Shown here: positions 31,086-41,322 of the stretch, piece after piece
Numbering within the stretch: the first letter of the stretch is position 1
How the letters are laid out: each line of letters begins with the position of its first letter
Assembly: GCA_965116925.1 (NCBI GenBank)
Contig: OZ220744.1
Coordinates: 3,648,001-3,712,000 of the forward strand
Length of the DNA: 64,000 nucleotides
Reading direction: 5' to 3'
From: Candidatus Poribacteria bacterium
GTDB taxonomy: Bacteria > Poribacteria > WGA-4E > PCPOR2b
Made by a program: the position numbers and the translations under genes
Notes under the pieces: model-generated
Told to the model about the DNA's origin: nothing
The model's database searches: none
What the model saw: only the letters and a program-made list of their open reading frames with translations

Positions 31086-32024
31086 TCAGTAGTTTTGCAA
31101 ATGGTTTTTGAAGAAATCTTTTAGGATTGCTCCATGATGAACGCTGCCGGCATCGTGACCGTGTCCGTCGTAGGGGTAGATCTGCTTATCTTCGGAGGCG
31201 ATGGTATTAAAGGCAGCGTAACCTGTTTCTGGCGGACATACGTTGTCCTGTAAACCGATATAGACCATAATAGGACAGGTGATCCGAGGACCAAAGTTTA
31301 TACCGTCGAAGTACGCCAGCGTGTCACGCACCGCTTCTCTCCGCTCAGGATAGAGCCGTAGATAGTCACGGATTTCTTGGTATGGATAGGTATGCGTCAA
31401 CTCAATTGAATCCATATATCCACAGAGATACGGGCAACCAGCCGCTGCGGCACGGATTTCAGGACGCAACGCCGCTGTGGAGATTGCGAGTCCACCGCCC
31501 TGACTGCTGCCGGAGACACCGATTCGCTCGCCATCAACCTCATCGCGCGTAAGCAAGAAATCAATCGTCCGGGCTGCATCAATATAAAAGCCACGATAGG
31601 TATAGGTGTTTCGATCAACGATATTATGCGTCAACAAGCCTGGGTAACCGGGGTTAAACTGTTGGTTACTGCGGATCTTACCACGCGGGGCGACGGAGAA
31701 CGCAGCGTAACCGTCCTCTGCCCATGACCGCGGAATGGGGGGATCTTGAAGGTAACCCGGCACCTGTATGATGGCAGGCAGTTTCCCTGATCTTTCACGC
31801 GGCACGGCATACCAGCCAGCGATACGCACACCGTCGAGACTGTCGTAGTGCACGTCATAAACTTCAATCTCTGGTGTACTGCGTAGCGGCACCAACTCCG
31901 CCGTCGCGTTCAGCGGAATTTCCGCCGACTGTGCTAGTAGCCCGTCCCAGAACGCATCGAAGTCATCGGGTCGCGTGACGACTGTACGATATTGGTCGGC
32001 AGGTACTCTCTCGGTTTGGCTCAT
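31086..32024 (-). CDS. Acetylxylan esterase / cephalosporin-C deacetylase (CE7)
   Basis: RPDDFDAFW, GSSQGGG, GLQDNVCPP, GHGH. Confidence 0.9.
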   Translation of the reverse strand: MSQTERVPADQYRTVVTRPDDFDAFWDGLLAQSAEIPLNATAELVPLRSTPEIEVYDVHYDSLDGVRIAGWYAVPRERSGKLPAIIQVPGYLQDPPIPRSWAEDGYAAFSVAPRGKIRSNQQFNPGYPGLLTHNIVDRNTYTYRGFYIDAARTIDFLLTRDEVDGERIGVSGSSQGGGLAISTAALRPEIRAAAAGCPYLCGYMDSIELTHTYPYQEIRDYLRLYPERREAVRDTLAYFDGINFGPRITCPIMVYIGLQDNVCPPETGYAAFNTIASEDKQIYPYDGHGHDAGSVHHGAILKDFFKNHLQNY

Positions 32025-32167
32025 TCTGTTCTCCCTCTATAAGATGTCGTCGGTCATTTTTTTTTAATAGAGATGTGAATCTCGACCGACGCCATTGATA
32101 CTTTTCACATCCTGTCAACTATTTTGCATCACAGTGCAACGACTCAATCTGAAAATACCATAATAGA

Positions 32168-33097
32168 CTACCGTTTCATCTGTCCCCAAAGCGTTATCCA
32201 CTTCCCTGCATCTGATACCCCCAGCTTTGAACCGAACCAGGCAGGATGGTCTCCATCTTCAACCAAGAGTCTGATATTTCCGCCGTCCCTGTCTATAATA
32301 AAAATGCCTCCTATACCCTCTCGGTGTGAGACAAAGGCAATCTGTTGACTATCAGGCGACCATTCTGGTCTTCTCCCATTAGCAAGTCGCTTGGGGTTCG
32401 CTCCATCTGCCTCCATCCAATAAATGGCTCTATCTCCATCTCGTTCTGACTGGAAGGCAATCCACTGTCCATCAGGGGACCAAGCGGGATACAAATCCGG
32501 TGCAGGATGGTCTGTCAACTGTTGGAGATTTTCCCCCGTGATATCAACGACGTAAATATCATTCGGCACTCCAGGGATATTCCTCATTCCGGGTATTCGG
32601 ATTGTGAAGGCTAATCTTTTGCTGTCAGGAGACCAGCAGGCCTCCTTTCCGGTGACACCTTGCTGACCCTCCCAGTGAATCTCTCGCTGCTGCAGTCCAT
32701 CAATATCCACAAGTAACAGAATCCCTTCGGAAGTCAGAGCAACCCACTGTCCATTGGGAGATACGGCCGGTCTACCAATTGCCTCTACGACTCGTTTTAT
32801 ATTTTTCCCAGCAAGGTCCATTGTATAAATGCTAAAAGCACCATCGCGATTTGAACCGAAGGCTATATGGCGTCCATCCGGGAGCCAAACAGGATAGGAA
32901 TCATGTGCCAAATGGTCTGTTAATTGCCGGAGGTTTTCACCATTATCATCAATGATGTAAATCCCTCCATTTCCGCCACGGAGCAATGTGAAAACAATCT
33001 TTCCGGTTTCGGCACTTGCCATTTGGTTTAGGTGAATCAGGAAAAAACTTCCGACAAATGCAACAATAACCAGTAAAATGGTTTTCATACTTTTCAT
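32168..33097 (-). CDS. TolB-like PD40-repeat secreted protein
   Basis: Signal peptide; PAWSPDG repeats; C-terminal GKWITLWGQMKR. Confidence 0.85.
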   Translation of the reverse strand: MKSMKTILLVIVAFVGSFFLIHLNQMASAETGKIVFTLLRGGNGGIYIIDDNGENLRQLTDHLAHDSYPVWLPDGRHIAFGSNRDGAFSIYTMDLAGKNIKRVVEAIGRPAVSPNGQWVALTSEGILLLVDIDGLQQREIHWEGQQGVTGKEACWSPDSKRLAFTIRIPGMRNIPGVPNDIYVVDITGENLQQLTDHPAPDLYPAWSPDGQWIAFQSERDGDRAIYWMEADGANPKRLANGRRPEWSPDSQQIAFVSHREGIGGIFIIDRDGGNIRLLVEDGDHPAWFGSKLGVSDAGKWITLWGQMKR

Positions 33098-33125
33098 GGG
33101 TGTCGTTAATCCTTCTGACCCAATT

Positions 33126-34049
33126 TCATTGGATTCGTTTTCCCCGTTTCATCTGTCCCCAGAGCGTTATCCACTTCCCTGAACCTGATACCCCCAGCTT
33201 TGAACCGAACCAGGCAGGATTATCCCCTCCCTCAACCAATAGTCTGATATTTTCGCCATCCTTATCCATAATGAAAATTCCCTCTATACCCTCTTGGTGT
33301 GAAACAAAGGCGATGTGTTGACCATTGGGCGACCACTCAGGAGATCTTCCATTCGCAAACCGCTTAGAATTTGTTCCATCTGCTTCCATCAGATAAACGG
33401 CATTACCTCCATCTCGATTTGACCAGAAGGCAATCCACTTTCCATCAGGGGACCAAGCGGGATACAAATCTTGTGCAGGATGGTCTGTCAACCGTCGAAG
33501 GTTTTCTCCTGTGATATCAATGACGTAGATATCATTCAATACCCCAGGGATTCGGATTGTGAAGGCTAACCTGTTGCCATCAGGAGCCCAAGCAGCCATG
33601 TTGGTGGCACCCTGTGGGCGCCCCCAGTGAATTTCTTTTCGCTTCAGTCCGTCAATATCCACAAGTAGCAGAAATCCAGCGGGGGTCAAAGCAATCCACT
33701 GCCCATCGGGAGATATAACAGGTCTATTATTTGTGTCTACAATTCGTTTTATGTTTTTCCCAGCGAGGTCCATCGTATAAATGCTAAAAGCTCCATCGCG
33801 ATCTGAACAGAATGCCAGATGGCGTCCATCCGGCAACCAAGCGGGTCTTCTATCCGCTGCAGGATGGTCTGTTAATCGCCGGAGGTTTTTACCATTATCA
33901 TCAATAATGTAAATATCTCGATTTCCTCCCCGGTCCAATGAAAAAGCAATCTTTCCACCTTCGGCGCTTGCCATTTGCTTTGGATAAGTGAATAACAGAT
34001 TTCCAACAAACACGATTGCGAATAGTAAGCTGCTTTTTATACGTTTCAT
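33126..34049 (-). CDS. TolB-like PD40-repeat secreted protein (tandem paralogue)
   Basis: AGGAGG RBS before ATG 34049; highly similar to 32168..33097. Confidence 0.85.
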   Translation of the reverse strand: MKRIKSSLLFAIVFVGNLLFTYPKQMASAEGGKIAFSLDRGGNRDIYIIDDNGKNLRRLTDHPAADRRPAWLPDGRHLAFCSDRDGAFSIYTMDLAGKNIKRIVDTNNRPVISPDGQWIALTPAGFLLLVDIDGLKRKEIHWGRPQGATNMAAWAPDGNRLAFTIRIPGVLNDIYVIDITGENLRRLTDHPAQDLYPAWSPDGKWIAFWSNRDGGNAVYLMEADGTNSKRFANGRSPEWSPNGQHIAFVSHQEGIEGIFIMDKDGENIRLLVEGGDNPAWFGSKLGVSGSGKWITLWGQMKRGKRIQ

Positions 34050-34075
34050 GCACGCCTCCTTTGGATTCACCAATC

Positions 34076-34214
34076 TATGGTAGATTTTAGAATTACTTAG
34101 ACAGTTCCAATGCACATGTACAGATTGGGAAATCTGTACCCACAAACAACCCCCTAAATCCCCCTTGTCAGGGGGACTTTGGCAAATGTTCACTTATTTG
34201 TCTAATTCACCATA
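34076..34214. mobile_element. TA-flanked MITE variant with a different internal hairpin
   Basis: TATGGTAGATTTTAGAATTA...TAATTCACCATA enclosing TCCCCCTTGTCAGGGGGA. Confidence 0.65.
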
Positions 34215-34326
34215 AAAGGAGCGAGAGAAATTCATCAACAGTCCTTCGGTTTGTTATTTCCCATAATGGATTGTTTCCCGCTGAAAGGAAAACACAACCT
34301 TCCTCAACAAGGATTCGGAAAGAGAG

Positions 34327-35151
34327 CTAATATTCACCGTTGGCATTCCAGCCGGGGTACTGCTCCTCCAAAGCTGCCAAGGTTTGCGGTGTGTAGTATG
34401 GATGCCCCGCCGGTGGAAAGCGGAACACCTCACGCTCTTTCGCTGTCAATGTTCCGATGAACTGACTGAACACCGGGTTCTTTCCCTTATCCGTATAATG
34501 TCTAAACCCTTCCCAATAGTTATCGGCTCTGCCAATCCCAAATCCCCATGTGAAGCGTTGACCGTCCTCACGGAGATAATCGCTTGCAGAGTGCAACGTG
34601 TAATTGGTGAACATACACAGCGTTCCACCCTTGCAGATTAACGGTTCATACTTGGTTGTGTCGCGTCCATGTTCCTTGGCAAGTAGCCGCAGTGGGGCTT
34701 GGTCTTCATCAACATCTTCGAGATGTACCCAGAAGCCGAGTTGACCAAACTCACGCAGTGTATCGGAGGGCGGCAGCAAGGAGTTATTTCCGTTGTCGAT
34801 ATGTAAATTAGCGGCATCGCTGCCCACGCCACCTCCTTTGAAACCCGGATAGCGGGCAATCATGCAACCGGCGCGAAAGTGGATATGTTCTGTCTTGAGC
34901 CACTTTCGTGCAAATTCCCACGCCCGATAGTCAACAATGCCACGCAGCAAGGCTATCTCTGGCGGCGGGAAATCGGTAAGAATTGCCCGCCCCTGTGGCG
35001 GATCATCTTTCACCTCATCCCATGTAGGAATCGACCTTCGCTGTGCCGCTTGCATTTCGCGCAACCTTTCGCCCGTATAAAAGCCCGGAACGATAACGTA
35101 ACCTTTCGTTTCCAACTCTTCAAGATGTGCATCGGTTAGTTCTGCGGACAT
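34327..35151 (-). CDS. Phytanoyl-CoA dioxygenase (PhyH) family protein
   Basis: KGYVIV, LHID, TLHSAS 2-His-1-Asp motif. Confidence 0.82.
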   Translation of the reverse strand: MSAELTDAHLEELETKGYVIVPGFYTGERLREMQAAQRRSIPTWDEVKDDPPQGRAILTDFPPPEIALLRGIVDYRAWEFARKWLKTEHIHFRAGCMIARYPGFKGGGVGSDAANLHIDNGNNSLLPPSDTLREFGQLGFWVHLEDVDEDQAPLRLLAKEHGRDTTKYEPLICKGGTLCMFTNYTLHSASDYLREDGQRFTWGFGIGRADNYWEGFRHYTDKGKNPVFSQFIGTLTAKEREVFRFPPAGHPYYTPQTLAALEEQYPGWNANGEY

Positions 35152-35183
35152 ATTTTCACCTCTCGATTGTTAGCACTTCGATG

Positions 35184-35993
35184 TCAGACCTCCATCACCC
35201 ACGGCGTAGGTTCTGGGAAAATATCGTGTTGTTTTGCCCAATCAATTAAACCATCGTTTGTCGCTCCCAGCAACTGTTTGCCAACGTCATCAACCTGTGC
35301 TAAGACAGTCTCATCGGGTTGGACAAGACGCATCGCTCTGTGCGCCCCGCCCATCCAGCGGTAAGCGTAGCCAAAAATCACCACCTTCGAGACACGGTCA
35401 GTCAGGTTTGGGGCGGAAGTATGGAAGAGACGATTTTCAAAAAGGAAAGCATCTCCGGCATTGAGAGGAAGTTCAACCGTTCCGACGGGATCTGCCTCCC
35501 CCTTCGGGATGGGTAACGGCGTATCTATCAGATGTGATCCCTGTGCGAAAAGTGTAAAGCCGGAACGCGGTTGCTTAAAGTCAGTCAAGCAGTACCCGAC
35601 TTTGATGCTGACACGCGGCAGGTTGCTGTGGCGTAGATCTTCGGCAAGACCGCTATCACGGTGCCAACCCCGTTGGTTTACGGTTTCTTCGTCTGCCGGT
35701 TCTGGAAACTTATAGATGATCGCTGTTGTGTGCAGCTGAATATTAGGGGATAGTAGCTGGGCAACCAAGGGAACCGTCGGCGATTGGGTGATCAGGGGAT
35801 GAAAATCCGGTTCTTGGACAATACCGGGGCGTCTTTGAACGTAAGCCCCGTCTGCATCAAACGATTCGATCAACCGGTCGCTGACGTGAGTGAGTCTGTC
35901 AATTATCTCCGGCGATAGCACATCTGGAACGACCAGATAGCCGTTTTCATCAAAAAATTGACGTTGTGCCCCTGTAAGTTTCACAAAATCCAT
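35184..35993 (-). CDS. Phytanoyl-CoA dioxygenase (PhyH) family protein
   Basis: FDENGYLVV, WHRD, GSH, LFHTSAPN. Confidence 0.88.
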   Translation of the reverse strand: MDFVKLTGAQRQFFDENGYLVVPDVLSPEIIDRLTHVSDRLIESFDADGAYVQRRPGIVQEPDFHPLITQSPTVPLVAQLLSPNIQLHTTAIIYKFPEPADEETVNQRGWHRDSGLAEDLRHSNLPRVSIKVGYCLTDFKQPRSGFTLFAQGSHLIDTPLPIPKGEADPVGTVELPLNAGDAFLFENRLFHTSAPNLTDRVSKVVIFGYAYRWMGGAHRAMRLVQPDETVLAQVDDVGKQLLGATNDGLIDWAKQHDIFPEPTPWVMEV

Positions 35994-36015
35994 ATCAATG
36001 TTCCTTATTTCTACT

Positions 36016-36714
36016 TTAGCTGCCTAGGTGCCGAGCGAAGAAATCCAGCGTCCGGGGCCAAGCAGCTGTTGCTGCTACCTCATGGTGACGCTCGCCGGAG
36101 AAATCCATAAAGGCGTGTCCGGCACCGGGGTATGTATAAAACTCATGTGCCTTGTTATGGCGCGTTAATTCAGCGTCGATCTTCTGCATATCTTCCGGGG
36201 ATGGGTTGGCGTCCTCCTCACCAAAGTGGAACAGCAGCGGACAGTCAATCTCATGGGTGCGTTCAAACGGTGACGCACCTCCTTCTCCCAAAGCGACCAT
36301 GGTGTTGCCGCCGTAATAGGCTTCAGCAGCTTTGAACTGCGGGAGAGCTGCTGCCATCAGGTATGCCACTCTGCCTCCCATGCAGAAGCCGGTAATGCCG
36401 AGTGCCTCGCTATCGACAGCGTTGTGGTTCTGCAAGAAGTCTACGGTGGCTTGAACGTCTGCAATCATCTCCGCGTCTATGAGTTCCCGTGGACCTCGTG
36501 GGTCATCGGGTCCTAATCGGTGATAGAGGTCTGGGGCAGCAGCAATGTAGCCGGCTTCCGCTAGCCTATCGGTCATTGTACAGATGAACGTATCAACGCC
36601 GCCGGCGTGCTGGGCAACCACCACAGCCGGAAAAGGGCCCGTACCATCGGGCATAGAGACGTAAAGTTCCATATCTTGGTTATCAACTTTGACGATTTCT
36701 GTAAACGATGACAT
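36016..36714 (-). CDS. Dienelactone hydrolase family protein
   Basis: GFCMGG, FGEED, YPGAGHAF. Confidence 0.92.
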   Translation of the reverse strand: MSSFTEIVKVDNQDMELYVSMPDGTGPFPAVVVAQHAGGVDTFICTMTDRLAEAGYIAAAPDLYHRLGPDDPRGPRELIDAEMIADVQATVDFLQNHNAVDSEALGITGFCMGGRVAYLMAAALPQFKAAEAYYGGNTMVALGEGGASPFERTHEIDCPLLFHFGEEDANPSPEDMQKIDAELTRHNKAHEFYTYPGAGHAFMDFSGERHHEVAATAAWPRTLDFFARHLGS

Positions 36715-36759
36715 GTGTTGCTCCTCCTCTTCTGTTTTCGCTTATGGTGAATTCCAGTT

Positions 36760-36862
36760 TATAGTAGATTTTAGAATTAATGGGACACGCCAAACCGGTG
36801 CGGTTACAAACCGCACCTACCGGGGAGGCGCAAGTGTTTCTTTATTTTTTGAATTCACTATA
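36760..36862. mobile_element. TA-flanked MITE copy
   Basis: Same ends as 21166; hairpin GGTGCGGTTACAAACCGCACCTAC. Confidence 0.75.
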
Positions 36863-36866
36863 GTTT

Positions 36867-37859
36867 TTACTTTACTGTTTGAAATTCCGCACACGCAAGG
36901 TTTGCTAACATATCAATAAATTCGAGGTGCTCACCGACGGTGCCAGCACGGATAAAATTCATACCACACGCCTCGGCGGTCCCCCTAGCTTCCAGATCGA
37001 GGTCGTAAAGTACTTCGACATGGTCACAGAGGAAGCCGATCGGTGATACGATGACATCCTGAACACCCGTCTCCCTTTTCTCTCGAATCAGATCATTAAT
37101 GTCAGGGTCCGTCCACGGCACGGTTGGGTTATCGGGCGCACTCTGGTAAGCAATATCGAAATCGGTCCCAAGAACGGCTGCTACGGCTGAAGCGGTTTGA
37201 CGAAACTGTTCGGGGTATGGGGAGGTCTTCGCTGCAACTTCGGGGATTGCGTGAGCGGTAAAGATCAGGGCAGCCTCAGCAAAACGTGATTCAGAAATAT
37301 CGTTACATGCAGTACGGATGCGTTCCGCGATGGCGTTGATGAAGCTGGGATGTAGATGCCACAGATCTTCTAAATAGCAAATGTTTAGTGTTTGGTCGCC
37401 TACCGTTTCGACTGCATCGGTAACATCGTTCTGATAACGCTCCCAACTGGCTTTAGACCGATAGGCAGACATGATAATCGCAAGGACGTTGCGATGCCCC
37501 TTTTCGACCATCCTCGCTATCGTCTCATGAAGGTACGGCGTCCAATTACGCATCCCTACATAGATAGGCAAATCAACGCCCCGTTTTCTAAGCGCGTCCC
37601 CAAGCCCATCCGCCTGCTTAAATGTCAGTTCGTTAAAGGGCGAAAATCCGCCGAGTTTTACATAGTGGCTCGCAACCTCCTTCACACGCGCAGCGTTCGA
37701 TGGTGCATTCCCGACGATACCCTCGACAAAGCAGTGCGCTTCCCCAGGACATGGATCGTACCGCTGACAGCAACCGGGGGTCGGTCCCCCAAACCCGATG
37801 AGCAGGATGCTATCGTATGAACCCCTTGAGTTCGATTCAGGATTGGTATCCCTCTTCAA
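36867..37859 (-). CDS. hemH: Ferrochelatase / coproporphyrin ferrochelatase
   Basis: GFGGP, GGFSP, GMRNWTPY, FTAHAIP, YQS, PIGFLCDHVEVLYDLD. Confidence 0.92.
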   Translation of the reverse strand: MKRDTNPESNSRGSYDSILLIGFGGPTPGCCQRYDPCPGEAHCFVEGIVGNAPSNAARVKEVASHYVKLGGFSPFNELTFKQADGLGDALRKRGVDLPIYVGMRNWTPYLHETIARMVEKGHRNVLAIIMSAYRSKASWERYQNDVTDAVETVGDQTLNICYLEDLWHLHPSFINAIAERIRTACNDISESRFAEAALIFTAHAIPEVAAKTSPYPEQFRQTASAVAAVLGTDFDIAYQSAPDNPTVPWTDPDINDLIREKRETGVQDVIVSPIGFLCDHVEVLYDLDLEARGTAEACGMNFIRAGTVGEHLEFIDMLANLACAEFQTVK

Positions 37860-37872
37860 CGGTTTTTACCCC

Positions 37873-38949
37873 CTAATCGCCTACATCTTTTGCGACGCTC
37901 ACAAAGTGCTTCACGTTTTCAAACGGTGTGTCCCTGTGAAGTCCGTGACTGAGATTGAGGATATGCCCAACCTTTCCGCCCGCTTGTAGACAGTTATTGA
38001 CGGCGGTGGTAATATCATCACAGGTCCCATCTCTCAGGATTGCGTTGTCCACATTTCCTTGAAAGGCGACCTTGCCTTTCGCTTCTTTCTGTGCGACCCC
38101 CAGATCAACGCATTTTCCGACACTCAAAACGTCAGCACCACTTTCCAGCATCAACGAGAGATAGGGGCATTCTTTGGTAAATAGGATAGAAGGTGCGCTC
38201 GGATCTAACGCCGCAAAAATCTGTTCGTGATACGGTTGGACAAAGGCTTGGTATCTCGGTAAATCAATCTGATCAGCGATGGATTCAAACAGCTGCACCA
38301 CCTGCACGCCCGCCGAAATTTGGTAGTTGAGATAATTAATCGTCATCTGCGTTAAACGTTGCAGCAGTTCGTGAAATAGATGTGGTTCTTCGTCCATCAT
38401 CTGAAAAACGGTACGTGCCGCGTTTGAAACGCCTCCGCCGGCTGCCATCGGGCTGGTTCCTGCGACCATAAAGAAAGCTAAAGTCAGCGGCGATCCGGCA
38501 AAGCCAATCAACGGCAACTCACCCGCCAATACCCTACGCAGCCCGCTGATAATCTTTCCGGTAAATGCCATCTCTGAAGCGGGATTGTCAAGGGGACGTA
38601 ACGCCTCGATCTGGGCTTGGGTCCGAATAGGGGAATCTAAGACGGGACCGGGGTCAAATCGAAAGTGTACGCCCATTGGACAAAGCGGCGTGAGAATGTC
38701 TTTGTACACAATGATTGCATCAACCCCGATGCGCTTGGGTAAGAGAGAAATTTCAATCGCCCATTCGATTTCTTGATCACTAAATGGGCACGGTATCGTC
38801 CGAAATAGCCGCTCTAATGGGAGGTTGATTTGTTCTCTGAGTGCACGGTACACGGGATCCGAACGACCCGCTTGGCGCATCATCCACACTGGCGTCCGTT
38901 CTACTGTCTGTCGTCGTGCAGCACGGAGGAGGAGATCATTTTTAAGCAT
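37873..38949 (-). CDS. hemE: Uroporphyrinogen decarboxylase
   Basis: PVWMMRQAGR, LIGFAGSPLTL, QGNVD, NLSHG. Confidence 0.95.
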   Translation of the reverse strand: MLKNDLLLRAARRQTVERTPVWMMRQAGRSDPVYRALREQINLPLERLFRTIPCPFSDQEIEWAIEISLLPKRIGVDAIIVYKDILTPLCPMGVHFRFDPGPVLDSPIRTQAQIEALRPLDNPASEMAFTGKIISGLRRVLAGELPLIGFAGSPLTLAFFMVAGTSPMAAGGGVSNAARTVFQMMDEEPHLFHELLQRLTQMTINYLNYQISAGVQVVQLFESIADQIDLPRYQAFVQPYHEQIFAALDPSAPSILFTKECPYLSLMLESGADVLSVGKCVDLGVAQKEAKGKVAFQGNVDNAILRDGTCDDITTAVNNCLQAGGKVGHILNLSHGLHRDTPFENVKHFVSVAKDVGD

Positions 38950-38957
38950 GGTGTTCT

Positions 38958-39260
38958 CTACTCTTTCGGACGTCCTCTCAATTCAAGATATTCCCTGAGT
39001 TTTACGTAACTTTTGATATTTTTCATAATCCGACCACTTTCTCGTTCTTCGAGATAGAGAAAGAACCCCATCAGATATAAGCTAATCAGAAATAACAAGA
39101 AGCCAACGAAACATCGGAAAATAGCAAAGTAGTTCGCTGTAAAATCTAGTTTAGGCATCCCGTCCCCCCACGAGACCGAAACAAAGCCTTGCCAGCCTGT
39201 GACACCCATTGATAAAAAAGCGATTGAAAGCACAAAAACAATGAAAAACTGTATGCCCAT
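38958..39260 (-). CDS. Small two-TM membrane protein
   Basis: 100 aa with two hydrophobic segments; first gene of the hemE-hemH run. Confidence 0.7.
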   Translation of the reverse strand: MGIQFFIVFVLSIAFLSMGVTGWQGFVSVSWGDGMPKLDFTANYFAIFRCFVGFLLFLISLYLMGFFLYLEERESGRIMKNIKSYVKLREYLELRGRPKE

Positions 39261-39471
39261 GGCTAACCTTTCTTGCGGAGATTTCGGGACTAATAGTTGG
39301 ATCGCTGTATTATAGCATATTGCTCATCCGTGGTAAAGGATTCTCTACTCTGAAATTTCTGATGTTTTTCGTTGCACAAATAGCCAACCTGTGATAAATT
39401 TTATTCAGATTAGCAATGAGCCTTTAGCGGTAGACCCTGAATCACGTAAACGCCAAGGAGAATTCAGAGCT

Positions 39472-40209
39472 GTGAAAATCGTTGGAGTTATCCCCGCTCG
39501 CTATGCGTCAAGTCGGTTTCAGGGCAAGGCGTTGGTGGACATCCTCGGCAAACCGATGGTGCAGCAAGTCTATGAGCGAGCGGCCCGTGCCAAAACACTG
39601 GATGCTGTCATCGTCGCAACTGATGACCGGCGAATCTACGATACGGTTGACGGCTTCGGTGGACAGGTGGTTATGACATCACCAGACTGTCCCACAGGCA
39701 CCGAAAGGGTTGCGATTGTCGCGGAAACACTCGATTGCGATGTTGTAGCAAACATTCAGGGCGATGAACCTTTGCTGGAGCCGGTGGTCATCGATCAGAT
39801 GATTCAACCGTTTCTTGATGACCCCAGCGTAGAAGTCAGCACGTTGAAGCAGCGGGTCGAAAATGAAGCGGATTATCGAGACTCCAACGTTGTTAAAGTT
39901 GTGACTGACCTTCAGGGTTTTGCGTTATATTTTTCTAGAGCATCAATCCCCGGCAATCTCTCAAATCATTGGCTACAAGTTCACCCCAACTATCGGCATG
40001 TAGGGCTGTACGCTTATCGCCGAGAGCGACTCCTTGAGTTTACCCAATGGGAAAGCACACCGTATGAGAGCACCGAAGGACTTGAGCAGTTGCGCTTCCT
40101 TGAACACGGTATCCGCATCCGTGTCGTTGAGACAGAACATACGTTGATTGGGGTTGATGTGCCCGCCGATTTGGACCGGGTGCTTGAAATCTTGAATTCG
40201 CGAGAATAA
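39472..40209 (+). CDS. kdsB: 3-deoxy-manno-octulosonate cytidylyltransferase
   Basis: IPARYASSRFQGK, GTER, NIQGDEP, LYFSRA, LEQLRFLE, GVD. Confidence 0.95.
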   Translation: MKIVGVIPARYASSRFQGKALVDILGKPMVQQVYERAARAKTLDAVIVATDDRRIYDTVDGFGGQVVMTSPDCPTGTERVAIVAETLDCDVVANIQGDEPLLEPVVIDQMIQPFLDDPSVEVSTLKQRVENEADYRDSNVVKVVTDLQGFALYFSRASIPGNLSNHWLQVHPNYRHVGLYAYRRERLLEFTQWESTPYESTEGLEQLRFLEHGIRIRVVETEHTLIGVDVPADLDRVLEILNSRE

Positions 40210-40436
40210 CGGCAGTTTTCTGTTTGAATAGCGATCAAGGGTAAGAACAATAAGCAGCAAGTCAATAAGAGATACGACAACTGCGTGCAACAATTGAAAA
40301 ATTAAATAGGAACGATGAGTAATGTAAATAGAAAGTAGGTCAAGGGAAAAATAAAAAAAAGATCGTCGGTTGGACAAAGAGAAACGCGATGCTAAACAGA
40401 CAAACACAAAAATCGTCAGCCCAAAAGGAGGTAAAA

Positions 40437-41021
40437 ATGGCATTTAAGATTGGCTTGGTGTTTTTTCTGTGTGTGGTGATTGTGTGCAGTGGAGATGCGG
40501 CGGAGGGTACACCTGTTCTGGATTCTGATGCAAAAGCGGCTGCGGTGCGCGATGCAGAGAACGACTTTGATGCGCGCCCGTGGCGTTTTCAGGGTTGTGT
40601 TGGAGGTTGCGTAGGTGGGGGAGCAATAGCTCTAGTAATAGCTAAGGTTGTTCAGGGTCTTAGAGAAAACGAAGGTGCGGGTTCTGGAACTGGGGGTTTT
40701 TCAGCAGGTGGATTTAGCGATCCGCTTCCGATAGAAGGCACGTCAGTTGCCCCCAGTCTTGGCCCACCTGGACTGATAGAGGGAACTGTGTTGATGGTGG
40801 GAATGGTGGCTCTGTTGGTGCCGATAAGCCGCGCTGATACTAAGGAGGTAACGCTACCATCTTTACCACTTGCCGAAAAAACGCCTGAATATGTTGCGTC
40901 TTACATGGAAGCGTATAAGAAGGAAATCCGATCCCGTCGGAAGCGCGCTATAATATCGGGGTACCCTCTTGGGGCTGGGGCTTTAGCCGGAGGGTGCTTG
41001 GTGGGATTGGCTTTGGAATAA
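40437..41021 (+). CDS. Hypothetical exported/membrane protein
   Basis: AAGGAGG RBS, signal peptide, Gly-rich hydrophobic segments. Confidence 0.7.
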   Translation: MAFKIGLVFFLCVVIVCSGDAAEGTPVLDSDAKAAAVRDAENDFDARPWRFQGCVGGCVGGGAIALVIAKVVQGLRENEGAGSGTGGFSAGGFSDPLPIEGTSVAPSLGPPGLIEGTVLMVGMVALLVPISRADTKEVTLPSLPLAEKTPEYVASYMEAYKKEIRSRRKRAIISGYPLGAGALAGGCLVGLALE

Positions 41022-41029
41022 CCCCTTGA

Positions 41030-41284
41030 AAGGAGCTTAATAATAAAATAAAAGATCCACAAAGGTATTTCGTTCAGGATGTTGAGTGTTTAGGCGTTGT
41101 GCCTCTTGACACAGGGGAAGAAGCGCGGGATAAGGAAAAAGAAATTTTAGATATGTTTGGTCGCGCAAATGAAAAGCGTAATCAGTGCGAACTCATTTTT
41201 TATAGTGATGATGTCAAACAGTATATTGAAGATGAGTGCGAAGACCCAAAATTCTATACTGAGGCGAGTAGCAAGAGTGATTAA
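41030..41284 (+). pseudogene. Probable 5'-truncated gene fragment (weak resemblance to a GIY-YIG/T5orf172 C-terminal half)
   Basis: Open frame from 41030 without a good start: KIKDPQRYFVQDVECLGVVPL...EKEILDMF. Confidence 0.35.
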
Positions 41285-41322
41285 ACCGCTTTAGACAATC
41301 TTAAATGTCCGATAATTAACAC

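Noticed and set aside
38759..38789. GCCCATT...AATGGGC inverted repeat within hemE
   Set aside because: Only 7 bp, expected by chance, and the gene is intact.
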